Origin: Erysipelotrichaceae bacterium MTC7
GTDB lineage: Bacteria > Bacillota_I > Bacilli_A > Erysipelotrichales > Erysipelotrichaceae
Direction: 5' to 3'
Assembly (NCBI GenBank): GCA_001695645.1
Contig: LVZN01000034.1
Location: 85,693 to 117,692, forward strand
Length of the DNA stretch: 32,000 nucleotides
Below the pieces are notes generated by a model. It did no database searches, was not told the origin of the DNA, and saw only the letters and a program-made list of their open reading frames with translations. Made by a program: the position numbers and the translations under genes. This document shows positions 16,800 through 25,713 of the stretch, one piece after another. Numbering within the stretch: the stretch's first letter is position 1; each line of letters starts with the position of its first letter.

Positions 16800-17552
16800 C
16801 TATGACTCTACAGTTTCGGGTTTCCAGTATCGTGTACCGTCATCCGTACGCTTTAAAAATCCATATTCAATCATATACCTACGTATCGTAACAAAATCAT
16901 CGTAGATTGCTTTCAGTATTTCATTAACTTCCATTTCTGTATATTTTTGATTCTCATCAAATTGTTTAGCTATCATACGTAATATTGCTAACTTTGCTTT
17001 TTGCTTTGCTGGTAGCATTTTTAGTTGCAATGGATTTGTACTACTAAAATATCGATCAATGAACTCTTGTTCTTCTTGTAGCGTCATTAGATATCGATCA
17101 TCGACCATTGTCGCGCTTTGATGTATAGGAATGTACGCTTCAAAGGAACTCGATTGCTCTGAGAGCTCGTACATTGCTAAAAATACCTTGGCTTGCTTTG
17201 CTTTTTCCTTTAATTGATAACGTTGTTGTCGGACCGTTGATAATGATGTATGTGTCATTTCAGAGATTTCTTTATCACTTTTGTTATCCGCAAAGTATGA
17301 AAGCATTCGTTTTTGAACATCACTTAACATTGTTTGCTTCTTATCAAGTTTAAATAATTCATGTAAAGGACTACCATGTACATCGCAAATATGCCGTTTT
17401 ACAGCAGCTTTTGCATCTAATAAATCGTCTGCAAAAGAATATATGTGTCCAATTTCATATGTTTTGTCACAATAATTACATACATATGTATCTTTGTTTT
17501 GCACATAACCACATTTCAACGTTTCCAAGCTTAAATCTTCAATTGTTTTCAT
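16800..17552 (-). CDS. DUF2087-domain putative transcriptional regulator (Cys/His cluster, HTH, DUF2087)
   Basis: 250 aa. The N-terminus has C14...C25xxC28...HxCxxH. The central HTH-like segment is KSDKEISEMTHTSLSTVRQQRYQLKEKA. The C-terminus EMEVNEILKAIYDDFVTIRRYMIEYGFLKR is DUF2087-like. The SD is GAGGTG. Confidence 0.7.
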   Translation of the reverse strand: MKTIEDLSLETLKCGYVQNKDTYVCNYCDKTYEIGHIYSFADDLLDAKAAVKRHICDVHGSPLHELFKLDKKQTMLSDVQKRMLSYFADNKSDKEISEMTHTSLSTVRQQRYQLKEKAKQAKVFLAMYELSEQSSSFEAYIPIHQSATMVDDRYLMTLQEEQEFIDRYFSSTNPLQLKMLPAKQKAKLAILRMIAKQFDENQKYTEMEVNEILKAIYDDFVTIRRYMIEYGFLKRTDDGTRYWKPETVES

Positions 17553-17566
17553 ACATTTTCACCTCT

Positions 17567-17599
17567 ATATATAAACATTAACATGAAACGTTTATATAT
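17567..17599. repeat. 10-bp inverted repeat in the 5' UTR or operator region of the DUF2087 gene
   Basis: ATATATAAAC, a 13-nt spacer, then GTTTATATAT. It lies between the putative -10 and the SD of the gene at 17552. Confidence 0.5.
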
Positions 17600-17602
17600 T
17601 CA

Positions 17603-17614
17603 ACATTATAATGT
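17603..17614 (-). promoter_or_regulatory. Putative -10 (TATAAT) embedded in a perfect 12-bp palindrome
   Basis: ACATTATAATGT is a perfect palindrome, so TATAAT reads on both strands. A TTGTTT -35-like hexamer lies about 18 nt upstream on the minus strand. Confidence 0.45.
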
Positions 17615-17662
17615 CATTTAAGTTTATAAAACAAAAAAAGAAGTAAAGTTACCTTAGTGCAA

Positions 17663-18556
17663 CTATCTCTTCTTTTTGTTCATTGCATGTAAATATTCTT
17701 GTTTCAGTCGATCACTTTGAATATGCGTGTATATTTGCGTCGTTGAAATATCACTATGCCCAAGTAGTTCTTGAACACTGCGTAAGTCTGCACCACCGTT
17801 TAGCAAGTGTGTCGCAAAGCTATGTCGAAACGAGTGTGCTGAAATTGCATCCTGCAGGTCTAGTTCAGTTAACTTTTTTTTAATCATCGTATGCACGTAT
17901 TGTCTTGTAAGTCGATTCCCTCTTTGATTGATAAAAACATACTGCAGTTTTTTTGTATTCCAAAGTACACGAGGACCATCAAAATACAGCTGTAAGCAAT
18001 CAATTGCATGTTGGTTAATTGGAATCAATCGTTCTTTATTTCCCTTCCCTATGGCTTTAATAATGCCTTGTTGCAAGTGCAATTGATTCATTTGCAAATT
18101 GCAGACTTCACTAACACGTAATCCACAACCATACATGACTTCAATTATTGCATGCTGATATAAATCCACATCTTTTTTATCATCAAAAGAACCGATAAAC
18201 ATATCTAGATCACTTTCATTTAAAAATGATGGGAGTTTGTTTGCTTTTTTACTTAACTTTACATGCATCGCAGGATTTGCTATCGATGGAAAATTATAGG
18301 TAACATAGAAATGAAAATTACGAATGGAGACAATCATCCGATTGATGGAGTTTGTTTTTTTCGACAACGCTTGTTCTTGGATGAATGCTTCAATTTCCTT
18401 ATATGCAATTGCTTCGACATCACAAAAATTTCGACTTGTCATATACGTTTCATATTGTGTTAAGTCATTTTTGTAGTTTGTTATCGTGGTTAATGCTTTC
18501 TGATCAATCACACTAATGTAGTGGATGTAATTTTCAATGGCTTCATGAAGTTTCAT
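17663..18556 (-). CDS. xerD: XerC/XerD-family tyrosine recombinase (XerD-like)
   Basis: The catalytic set is present: GLRVSE (R), HSFRHSFATH (HxxR), LLGHSDISTTQIYTH (H/Y). It has an N-terminal SAM-like core-binding domain and is about 297 aa. I chose ATG 18556 because the upstream ATG 18562 abuts the -10 box. Confidence 0.8.
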   Translation of the reverse strand: MKLHEAIENYIHYISVIDQKALTTITNYKNDLTQYETYMTSRNFCDVEAIAYKEIEAFIQEQALSKKTNSINRMIVSIRNFHFYVTYNFPSIANPAMHVKLSKKANKLPSFLNESDLDMFIGSFDDKKDVDLYQHAIIEVMYGCGLRVSEVCNLQMNQLHLQQGIIKAIGKGNKERLIPINQHAIDCLQLYFDGPRVLWNTKKLQYVFINQRGNRLTRQYVHTMIKKKLTELDLQDAISAHSFRHSFATHLLNGGADLRSVQELLGHSDISTTQIYTHIQSDRLKQEYLHAMNKKKR

Positions 18557-18562
18557 ACACAT

Positions 18563-18571
18563 ATTATAGCA
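18563..18571 (-). promoter_or_regulatory. Extended -10 promoter of xerD, implying a leaderless mRNA
   Basis: On the minus strand, TGcTATAAT (18571->18563) is followed by ATGTGT and then ATG (18556). The second ATG lies 7 nt from the -10 hexamer. No SD is present. Confidence 0.5.
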
Positions 18572-18598
18572 AACAATAAAAAAAGTAGATACTGTGAC

Positions 18599-19126
18599 CT
18601 ACTTTGAAAGATATGAGATCAATGGTTCCAAATATTCTTTTTGGATATCTTTGGCCTGCTCCTGATCTGTTGACATAATTGTCTTTTCTAATGATGTATA
18701 AGAACTAGGATCTTTTTTCATCAATGATTTTTTAAGCATTTTAATTAATGTTCGATCACGAAACGACATTTTGCTTTCATCAAATATACCATGTGCATAA
18801 AACAATGGTATATCGTTTAGTTCATGTTTTAAATTATGTTCTTTGACTGCAGTGATGACATGTTCATCATACGGTGTTGCACCGACTGCCAAAATCGTTA
18901 CTTTTTTATCGTTCAAATATTTCATATGTTTCTTTAAAAATGATAATCCTGCAATTGAGGAAGCATAAACACCACCACATAAGACAATCGTATCATATGT
19001 TTTCACTTTGTTAAAGCTTGTTTTATGTATTTCAGCTAAGTCAAATCCAGTCATTTCTGCTAACCAAGTGGCATATTGTTTGGTTGCACCGTACTTGGAT
19101 TTATAGATTATAATCCCTTTATTCAT
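18599..19126 (-). CDS. Flavodoxin-domain protein (Flavodoxin_5-like)
   Basis: MNKGIIIYKSKYGATKQYATWLA...IVLCGGVYA... matches the family. GGAGG lies 6 nt before ATG 19126. The 18 extra N-terminal codons in the track ORF have no SD. Confidence 0.8.
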   Translation of the reverse strand: MNKGIIIYKSKYGATKQYATWLAEMTGFDLAEIHKTSFNKVKTYDTIVLCGGVYASSIAGLSFLKKHMKYLNDKKVTILAVGATPYDEHVITAVKEHNLKHELNDIPLFYAHGIFDESKMSFRDRTLIKMLKKSLMKKDPSSYTSLEKTIMSTDQEQAKDIQKEYLEPLISYLSK

Positions 19127-19151
19127 AATGTACCTCCAATTCTTTAGCGTA

Positions 19152-19180
19152 ATTATCGCAAAGATATGACGCGAACTCAA
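19152..19180 (-). promoter_or_regulatory. Promoter of the flavodoxin gene
   Basis: On the minus strand, TTGAGT (19180->19175) is followed by a 17-nt spacer and GATAAT (19157->19152). Confidence 0.55.
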
Positions 19181-19184
19181 CTAA

Positions 19185-19213
19185 AAGGCTACACCTTTAT
19201 ACTGTGTAGCCTT
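19185..19213 (-). terminator. Terminator ending the nusB-to-dinB unit
   Basis: AAGGCTACAC, a 9-nt loop, then GTGTAGCCTT form a 10-bp GC-containing stem directly after the dinB stop. TTTT follows, counting the stem end. Confidence 0.7.
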
Positions 19214-19214
19214 G

Positions 19215-20387
19215 CTATTTCTCTTTCTTTTCATCGAGTAGACTTGATGCATATACAAGTTTACTGCCTAAAATATCTTTGTTAAGTTCATCAAGGATAT
19301 CCAACTTTTTGTACTTGCTTTCATAATTAAATAAACTTAGTTGATCCACTCGTTCCTGGTCAGATTTTAAACTTCCTAAACCAATCCCTAAGTGACGGAT
19401 GGGTATGTCTTCATAGTTTTCATCAAATAATGATAAGGCAATTTCAAATATCCTATCTGCATCTTGCATGTATTCTTCAACCGTGATAGAACGAACAACG
19501 TTGCGAAAATCAAAGTATCGGATAGAGAGTGAAATAAGCTTTCCGGACATCGCTTTTTGCTTGGCACGTTTTGCAAGCGACAAAGCCAGTTTACGCAAAA
19601 TGCCAACAAGTTCGTTATATTCTTCAATATCACTAACAAACGTTGTGGATTGCGAAATGGATTGTACCGTGTTAGAAAACTCTATACGATCGCTGCTTAT
19701 GCCTTTCGCTTTTTGAATCATTTGTAAGGTGTGTTTACCTAAAATCGGTCGCACAATTGCGTAGTTTTCATCCTTCACTAAATCCCCAATCGTCTCAATT
19801 CCATGTTGAATCAGTATCGGTGCTGTTTTCTTTCCAATCCCCATCATATCGCCAATGGGAAGTGGCCACAATTTCTTATCCAATTCTTGTTTGCGAATCA
19901 CATAGATTCCAAGGGGTTTATAACGATCACTTGCCATCTTTGCTAAAAACTTTGTTGGTCCAATACCGATGGAACACTTAAGTCGCAACTCATCTTTTAA
20001 TCGCTGTTGGATTTCCCAAGCTAGATCAAGTGGTCGTTCATAGTTTTTTATGACCTCACTCATATCTGCATAACATTCATCGATACTTGCAATTTCAACG
20101 AACGGTGTATAGGTTTTAATAAATGCAAAGAATTTCTTTGACAGTTCTTTATAGTAGTCATGATCTCCTTGTACCACAATAAGATCTGGACATAAACGTA
20201 AAGCTTCATGTAAAGGCATCGCAGAATGGACACCATATGCGCGAGCTTCATAGCTTGCTGTACAAACAACACTGCGTTTACTTAAACCACCAACAACAAT
20301 GGGTTGTCCTTCTAAAGAGCTGTTACGTATCACTTCTGCATTTGCAAAATAAGCATTTAAGTCGATATGAAAAATGACTTTAGCCAT
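19215..20387 (-). CDS. dinB: DNA polymerase IV (Y-family)
   Basis: MAKVIFHIDLNAYFANAE..., SIDECYADM and GIGKKT are Y-family motifs. GAGGAA lies 4 nt before ATG 20387. The start overlaps the recN stop by 8 nt (ATGGCTAA). Confidence 0.93.
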   Translation of the reverse strand: MAKVIFHIDLNAYFANAEVIRNSSLEGQPIVVGGLSKRSVVCTASYEARAYGVHSAMPLHEALRLCPDLIVVQGDHDYYKELSKKFFAFIKTYTPFVEIASIDECYADMSEVIKNYERPLDLAWEIQQRLKDELRLKCSIGIGPTKFLAKMASDRYKPLGIYVIRKQELDKKLWPLPIGDMMGIGKKTAPILIQHGIETIGDLVKDENYAIVRPILGKHTLQMIQKAKGISSDRIEFSNTVQSISQSTTFVSDIEEYNELVGILRKLALSLAKRAKQKAMSGKLISLSIRYFDFRNVVRSITVEEYMQDADRIFEIALSLFDENYEDIPIRHLGIGLGSLKSDQERVDQLSLFNYESKYKKLDILDELNKDILGSKLVYASSLLDEKKEK

Positions 20388-22029
20388 GTTGTTCCTCACA
20401 CGAATCCAACAGTTCTTTTGCTGCATCAAGTGCTTTATCAGATAATGAGTTTGTTGAAATCATTGCAAGTTCACGAACTCTTTCTTCATAATCAAGTGGC
20501 ACAATTATCGTTCTTGTATGTTCCTTCACTTCTTCTTTTTTCACCAAATAGTGCGCATCTGCATGTGCTGCTACAGGTGCTAAATGCGTTATGGAGAACA
20601 CTTGTGTGTGTTTCCCAAGTTCTTTCATTTTATTGCCAATCGCATACGCAACTTTACCTGATACTCCAGTATCAATCTCATCGAAAATAATGGTTTCAAT
20701 TTGTTGAAGTTTGGTAAAGATTACCTTTAATCCAAGCATTAAACGTGAAAGTTCCCCACCAGAGATTACTTTAGTAAGTGGTCGTAGACTTTCCCCTTTG
20801 TTCATCGAAATGTAAAATTCAACACGATCCATACCTTGTGCGCTATCTTGTTGACTAAACGCAATTTCAAACTTGGCATTTGGTAAGTATAAATCCACCA
20901 ATTGTTTTTGGATTTCTATCTCTAATTCTTTTGCGCGTTTTTTACGTAGCCTACTTAACTTACTTGCTTGCGTTTGAAAGATTTGATAGAGTTGATCAAT
21001 TTCTTGTTGTTTTTGTGCAATCGCTGCATCACGATCGTTAAACAGTTCTATTTTGTTTTCAAGTTCTTCTTGTTTTGCTACCACATCAGCAAAAGTATGT
21101 CCGTGTTTACGAACAATCTTTTGTATTTGAAATAAGCGCTCCTGCACCTGGTTTAATTTTTCTTCATCATATTCAAGCGAATCTGCATAACTATGTAAAG
21201 CTTCTCTTTGTTCATCAATTAAGTAATATGCATTTAACATCTCTTCTTTAATCTTCACTAAAGACTCTTGTTCAAGCTCATCTAGAGCCTTTGTTGCCTC
21301 ATAAAGATTTTCATAACTCGATGTATCGATTGCTTGCATTGCTTCGTTCAACGCTTTAGAAATGCGTTCAAAAGCCATCATATCTTTTTGATAAGCTTCC
21401 AATTCTGCTATTTCATTCTCTGTTGCATCTAGACTGTCAATTTCAGCCAATTGAAAACGAAAGAAATCAAGGTCATCTTGATTAAGTTCCTTTTCAAGTA
21501 AAGCATCTAGTTCGTGTTGCTTTTGTTTATATGCACCATAGGCATGATTAACATCCATCAATAAAACATCATCGTTAACAAAATGATCTAGCAAAGCAAG
21601 ATGTGATTTTGGATTGAGTAAGTATTGTGAATCGTGTTGGGAGTGAATATCAATCACATCACTCATTACATCGCGCAAAAAAGCTGCAGTCACATTGCGT
21701 GAATTAATCTTTGTGCTGCTTTTTCCTTCCATAGTGAATGTCTTTGTAATAATAAACGTATGATCTTCGATATCAATTTCAGCTTCTTCTAGTTTTTGAA
21801 GAGATGGATGGTTTTCATGCACTTCAACACACATTTCAAGTGTTGCCTTATTTGCACCTTTTTGGATAAAACTAGGAGATACTTTCGCTCCACACAAGAT
21901 GGAAATGGCGTCAATAAAAAGCGATTTACCAGCACCAGTTTCTCCACTAAATGCAGAAAAGCCGTTTTGAAAATCCAAAGTTAGTTCATCAATTAACACG
22001 AAATTTTTGACATATAAACTTAGAATCAT
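20380..22029 (-). CDS. recN: DNA repair protein RecN
   Basis: 549 aa. MILSLYVKNFVLIDELTLDF..FSGETGAGKS is the Walker A region. A long coiled coil follows. GGELSRLMLGLK and FDEIDTGVSG form the C-terminal ABC signature and Walker B. Confidence 0.96.
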   Translation of the reverse strand: MILSLYVKNFVLIDELTLDFQNGFSAFSGETGAGKSLFIDAISILCGAKVSPSFIQKGANKATLEMCVEVHENHPSLQKLEEAEIDIEDHTFIITKTFTMEGKSSTKINSRNVTAAFLRDVMSDVIDIHSQHDSQYLLNPKSHLALLDHFVNDDVLLMDVNHAYGAYKQKQHELDALLEKELNQDDLDFFRFQLAEIDSLDATENEIAELEAYQKDMMAFERISKALNEAMQAIDTSSYENLYEATKALDELEQESLVKIKEEMLNAYYLIDEQREALHSYADSLEYDEEKLNQVQERLFQIQKIVRKHGHTFADVVAKQEELENKIELFNDRDAAIAQKQQEIDQLYQIFQTQASKLSRLRKKRAKELEIEIQKQLVDLYLPNAKFEIAFSQQDSAQGMDRVEFYISMNKGESLRPLTKVISGGELSRLMLGLKVIFTKLQQIETIIFDEIDTGVSGKVAYAIGNKMKELGKHTQVFSITHLAPVAAHADAHYLVKKEEVKEHTRTIIVPLDYEERVRELAMISTNSLSDKALDAAKELLDSCEEQHG

Positions 22030-22030
22030 C

Positions 22031-22801
22031 TCATTCTCCCTTCAACACGTCAGGTACATAGATTGATTTTCCAGCACCTTGATATTTCATATAGAAAATA
22101 TATTCTTGATTACCCGAACGACCTTGAATTGCCGCTTTATCGATTGCTCGGACACCAAAGTCAAGACTTTGGAAATATTCCAGATAATCTTGTAATAAAC
22201 GTTTGTGTACGTTTTTATCTTTTACAACACCTTGTTTATTCACAAAGTTTTTACCAACTTCAAACTGCGGTTTTACAAGCACCAACAGTTCTGTTTGTGG
22301 CGTACAGTATTGTTTAACCGCCGTAAAGATTTTCTTTAGCGAAATAAAAGAAACATCGATGCAAATAAAATCAATTGGTTGTGTAATACAACTTGGATCC
22401 AAATCACGAATGTCACAGTTTTCAAGATTGCTTACCTTTGGGTTGTTTTTTAGTTCGTCTGCAAGTTGATTCACCCCTACGTCAACCGCGTATACATGGC
22501 ATGCACCTTGTTGTAAACAAACATCGCTAAAGCCACCAGTTGAGGCACCGATGTCCATCACAACTTTATCTTTGATGTTGACGTTGTGCTTTGCAATGGC
22601 ATGAAATAGTTTTAAACCACCACGACTTGCAAACTCATGTTCGCGCTTATGTACTTCAATGATATCCTGCTCATCAACAGCAAAGGCTGGCTTTCGTATA
22701 ATTTTACCATTCACTTGCACATACCCTTCTTTGATTAAATCTTGTGCAAGTGCACGCGATTTCACTTCTTTGTAGGTTGCAAGGTATTGATCTAGTCGCA
22801 T
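22031..22801 (-). CDS. tlyA: TlyA-family rRNA (cytidine-2'-O)-methyltransferase (YqxC-like)
   Basis: MRLDQYL... begins an S4 domain, and MDIGASTGGFSD is the SAM motif. ATG 22801 overlaps the dxs stop by 10 nt. Confidence 0.88.
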   Translation of the reverse strand: MRLDQYLATYKEVKSRALAQDLIKEGYVQVNGKIIRKPAFAVDEQDIIEVHKREHEFASRGGLKLFHAIAKHNVNIKDKVVMDIGASTGGFSDVCLQQGACHVYAVDVGVNQLADELKNNPKVSNLENCDIRDLDPSCITQPIDFICIDVSFISLKKIFTAVKQYCTPQTELLVLVKPQFEVGKNFVNKQGVVKDKNVHKRLLQDYLEYFQSLDFGVRAIDKAAIQGRSGNQEYIFYMKYQGAGKSIYVPDVLKGE

Positions 22802-24657
22802 GTAAGTACCTTTTTTAATTGGATGAAACACTGATCAAGGTCAATAGATTCTTGTTGACGTAATACTTGTGTATTTCCATGACACACGAAGTGATCATCG
22901 ATTCCTAAACGTGTAATTGTAGGATGTACATGATGATCATTTGCATATTCTAGTATGGCACTTGATAAACCACCGGCTTTCATATCTGTTTCATAAATGA
23001 CAACCGGTTTACCTTCAGTAAATATTTGTTGCAACAATGCAGTATCCATCGGTTTAAAGAACCGCGCATTAACAACTGCAATGTTAAGTTTTTCTAATTT
23101 AGCTTTTTGAATACAGTGATCAACATCTGGTCCATACGTCAAAAGATAAGCATCAACAGATGCACTTGCTTGCCATACGCTCCAAGTTCCTACTTCAATT
23201 TTCGAAAACGCATCTGGGTTATCTGGTGTAGTCCCTCGAGGGATTCGAATCAACCAAGGTTTTTGTTGCAAAAATGCACTGTATAGTAAATCATGAGCCT
23301 CTTTTGCATCTTTTGGTTGACTTAAAACAAGGTTTGGCACACTTCTAAACATCGAAATATCGAAAACTCCGTGATGTGTTTCGCCATCTTCTCCAACCAA
23401 ACCGGCACGATCTACACTTACTACGACTGGTAAATCCATTCTAGCAATATCATGATTGACTTGATCGTATGCGCGTTGTAGGAAAGAAGAATAAATGGAG
23501 ATAAATGGACGTTTACCAGCTGCAGCTAATGCGGCAGCAAAGGCAACGGCATGTTCTTCTGCAATACCACAATCAAAAAAGCGTTCTGGATATTGTTCAT
23601 AGAAAGTTTGAAGCTTTGAACCCGCCATCATCGCTGGAGTTAATGCAATTATATCTTCATTTTCTTTGGCAAGACGAAGCAATCCATCTGACATGATTGA
23701 ACTCCAGTCTTTGTGATCCAATGGTTTCGTATTCACCATAGTTCCGGTTTGTACATCAAATTTACCAACTCCATGCCAAGCACCAGTAGCATCCATTTCA
23801 GCAGGTTTATACCCTTTACCTTTTTGAGTAATTACATGCACTACAATGGGTCCTTCATGATTTTTCACAACTTCAAATACACGAATCAATTCGTGTAAGT
23901 TGTGACCATCGATAGGTCCAATGTAATCCAAACCAAAATCATCAAAAAATGAGGCATCAACAACTGTATGCTTGATGTTATTTTTTAAATCACGTAAGCT
24001 TTCAAGCACGTTTTGGCCAGCAGAATTGCTGCTTAAAAATTCTTGCAACCCTTGTTTGAAGCCAGTGTAACGTTTGCTTGAACGCAGTTTTGTAAAAGTT
24101 TGCGACATGGCACCAACGTTCTTTGAAATTGACATATTGTTGTCGTTAAACACAATCACCATTTTTCGCTTTTCGCTACCAATTTCATTTAACGCTTCAA
24201 AGGACATCCCACTAGCTAAACTACCATCTCCAACCACGGGAAGTACTTGATAGTTTTGCTTGTTTAAATCACGTGCAACAGCAAACCCTAAAGCTGCGCT
24301 TAACGCCGTTGAAGAGTGCCCTGCTTCCCAAGGATCATGTTCGCTTTCTTTACGTTTTTGAAACCCTGAAATTCCTTTATATTGACGCAAATGCGCAAAT
24401 TCTTTTGCACGTCCAGTCAAAATCTTATGAATGTACGATTGATGTCCAACATCATAAATAAACTTATCGTTAGGTGAAGAAAATACATAATGCATCGCTA
24501 AGGTTAATTCCACAATTCCTAAGTTACTAGATAAGTGACCTCCTGTTTGGGATATGGAATCGACCAAAAAACTACGAATCTCGTTCGCAAGTTTTTCTAA
24601 TTCTGGTAATGATAATCCCTTAATATCCTCTGGGTTGTGTATATCTAGTATATTCAT
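22792..24657 (-). CDS. dxs: 1-deoxy-D-xylulose-5-phosphate synthase
   Basis: 621 aa. GGHLSSNLGIVELT, DVGHQSY.HKILTGR and GDGSLASGMSFEALN (the TPP motif) are present. Confidence 0.97.
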   Translation of the reverse strand: MNILDIHNPEDIKGLSLPELEKLANEIRSFLVDSISQTGGHLSSNLGIVELTLAMHYVFSSPNDKFIYDVGHQSYIHKILTGRAKEFAHLRQYKGISGFQKRKESEHDPWEAGHSSTALSAALGFAVARDLNKQNYQVLPVVGDGSLASGMSFEALNEIGSEKRKMVIVFNDNNMSISKNVGAMSQTFTKLRSSKRYTGFKQGLQEFLSSNSAGQNVLESLRDLKNNIKHTVVDASFFDDFGLDYIGPIDGHNLHELIRVFEVVKNHEGPIVVHVITQKGKGYKPAEMDATGAWHGVGKFDVQTGTMVNTKPLDHKDWSSIMSDGLLRLAKENEDIIALTPAMMAGSKLQTFYEQYPERFFDCGIAEEHAVAFAAALAAAGKRPFISIYSSFLQRAYDQVNHDIARMDLPVVVSVDRAGLVGEDGETHHGVFDISMFRSVPNLVLSQPKDAKEAHDLLYSAFLQQKPWLIRIPRGTTPDNPDAFSKIEVGTWSVWQASASVDAYLLTYGPDVDHCIQKAKLEKLNIAVVNARFFKPMDTALLQQIFTEGKPVVIYETDMKAGGLSSAILEYANDHHVHPTITRLGIDDHFVCHGNTQVLRQQESIDLDQCFIQLKKVLTCD

Positions 24658-24665
24658 TTAAACTC

Positions 24666-25511
24666 CTAATTTTTTCGGTTTCTTAATTCTTCAATCAATT
24701 CCATCATTGCACGTTTATCAATGATTAACGTGTCAAGTAGACCCTCTATATCATTTAACAAAGTTTCAACGATTTCCTTACTTTTTTCTAGTCCCAACAA
24801 ACTTACATATGTTGTTTTTTGGTTACGTTCATCACTATTTGTATCTTTGCCTAACACATCAGTTGAGGCTGTCACATCCAAAATATCGTCTTGAATTTGG
24901 AAAGCGAGTCCAAGTTTATAACCAATTTGTTCCCAACATTCTTTATCACCGCTATACTTATCCGCAATAATACTTCCAATGATCATTGGTAATGTAATTA
25001 ATTTTGCTGTTTTGTAGTGATTAATTTCTTTTAACTCATCAATGTCAATCGATTTATTTTCATTCGAAATATCGAGTTGTTGACCATAGATCATCCCTTT
25101 GATTCCAGCAGCATCCACAAATTGTTCAACGACTAACTTTGTGTTGCCGCGCTCACAACTTTTCGCAACATAACGGAATGCTTCTGTAAGCAAAGTGTCA
25201 CCTGCAAGAATGGCAATATCTTCACCATACTTCACATGACATGTTGGTTTTCCTCGACGCAATGTGTCGTTATCCATGCTTGGTAAATCATCGTGAATCA
25301 ATGAATACGTATGAATCATTTCAATTGCGATAGCTGCTTCTATGCCTTTGTTTAAAGGCATATGGTAGGCATCCAAGGTAGCAAATAAGATTTTACTACG
25401 TACATGCTTTCCGCCATTAAGCAAAGAGTAATAGGCTGCTTCTTTTACGATTCCATCTGGTGCGTAATCAAGTGCCTCTTGTAAGTATGGAGTGATATCA
25501 AAACTATTCAT
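24666..25511 (-). CDS. ispA: Polyprenyl (farnesyl/geranyl) diphosphate synthase
   Basis: It contains IHTYSLIHDDLPSMDNDTLRRG (first DDxxD region) and FQIQDDILD (second). ATG 25511 overlaps the xseB stop by 8 nt (ATGAATAG). Confidence 0.92.
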   Translation of the reverse strand: MNSFDITPYLQEALDYAPDGIVKEAAYYSLLNGGKHVRSKILFATLDAYHMPLNKGIEAAIAIEMIHTYSLIHDDLPSMDNDTLRRGKPTCHVKYGEDIAILAGDTLLTEAFRYVAKSCERGNTKLVVEQFVDAAGIKGMIYGQQLDISNENKSIDIDELKEINHYKTAKLITLPMIIGSIIADKYSGDKECWEQIGYKLGLAFQIQDDILDVTASTDVLGKDTNSDERNQKTTYVSLLGLEKSKEIVETLLNDIEGLLDTLIIDKRAMMELIEELRNRKN

Positions 25512-25713
25512 GCTCTGCCTCACCTTCGTCACCAATCAACTGGGCAACTTGTGCTTCAAACCCTTGAAGTTGCTCATCACAACTTTTCACAATCGTTAAT
25601 GCTTCTTTTAATAAATCAATTGCATCTTCAAGTTCCACCTCATTGCGTTCCAATTGATTAACAACCGTATCCAAACGATTCATTCTCTCTCTAAATGTCA
25701 TTTTGTTTTCCAT
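25504..25713 (-). CDS. xseB: Exodeoxyribonuclease VII small subunit
   Basis: The sequence MENKMTFRERMNRLDTVVNQLE...LEDAIDLLKEA identifies it. GAGGGAG lies 6 nt before ATG 25713. The start overlaps the xseA 3' end by 23 nt. Confidence 0.9.
   Translation of the reverse strand: MENKMTFRERMNRLDTVVNQLERNEVELEDAIDLLKEALTIVKSCDEQLQGFEAQVAQLIGDEGEAEHE

Noticed and set aside
16620-16805. 61-aa + strand ORF running across the hairpin and the dif site.
   Set aside because: It has no SD, overlaps the small membrane ORF in another frame, and crosses the terminator hairpin. The underlying sequence is better explained as dif.
16800-19180. The tyrosine recombinase, DUF2087 regulator and flavodoxin genes considered as an integrated mobile element or IMEX next to dif.
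   Set aside because: The recombinase has the full Xer-type catalytic motifs and length. I found no second dif-like or att-like repeat bounding the region, and no replication, transfer or phage genes. Composition looks like the rest of the window. A housekeeping xerD next to dif is the simpler reading, but comparative genomics could reopen this.
20367-20690. 107-aa + strand ORF antisense to recN/dinB. Other + strand ORFs lie inside the minus-strand block: 17683-18463, 19468-19981, 21796-21984, 22063-22469, 23505-23898, 24273-24461, 25933-26193, 26544-26762, 27586-27982, 28726-29239, 30269-30490 and 31187-31771.
   Set aside because: They are shadow ORFs opposite well-supported genes. None has a translation signal.
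22030-22150. Search for LexA/Cheo boxes (CGAAC-N4-GTTCG) upstream of recN and dinB. The nearest candidates are GAAT-ATAT-TTTC at 22085-22096, 55 nt upstream of the recN ATG, and CGAACGTATGTAC inside rpsD (about 1573-1586).
   Set aside because: Each has at least 2 mismatches in the conserved GAAC/GTTC halves. The rpsD one is inside an unrelated CDS.
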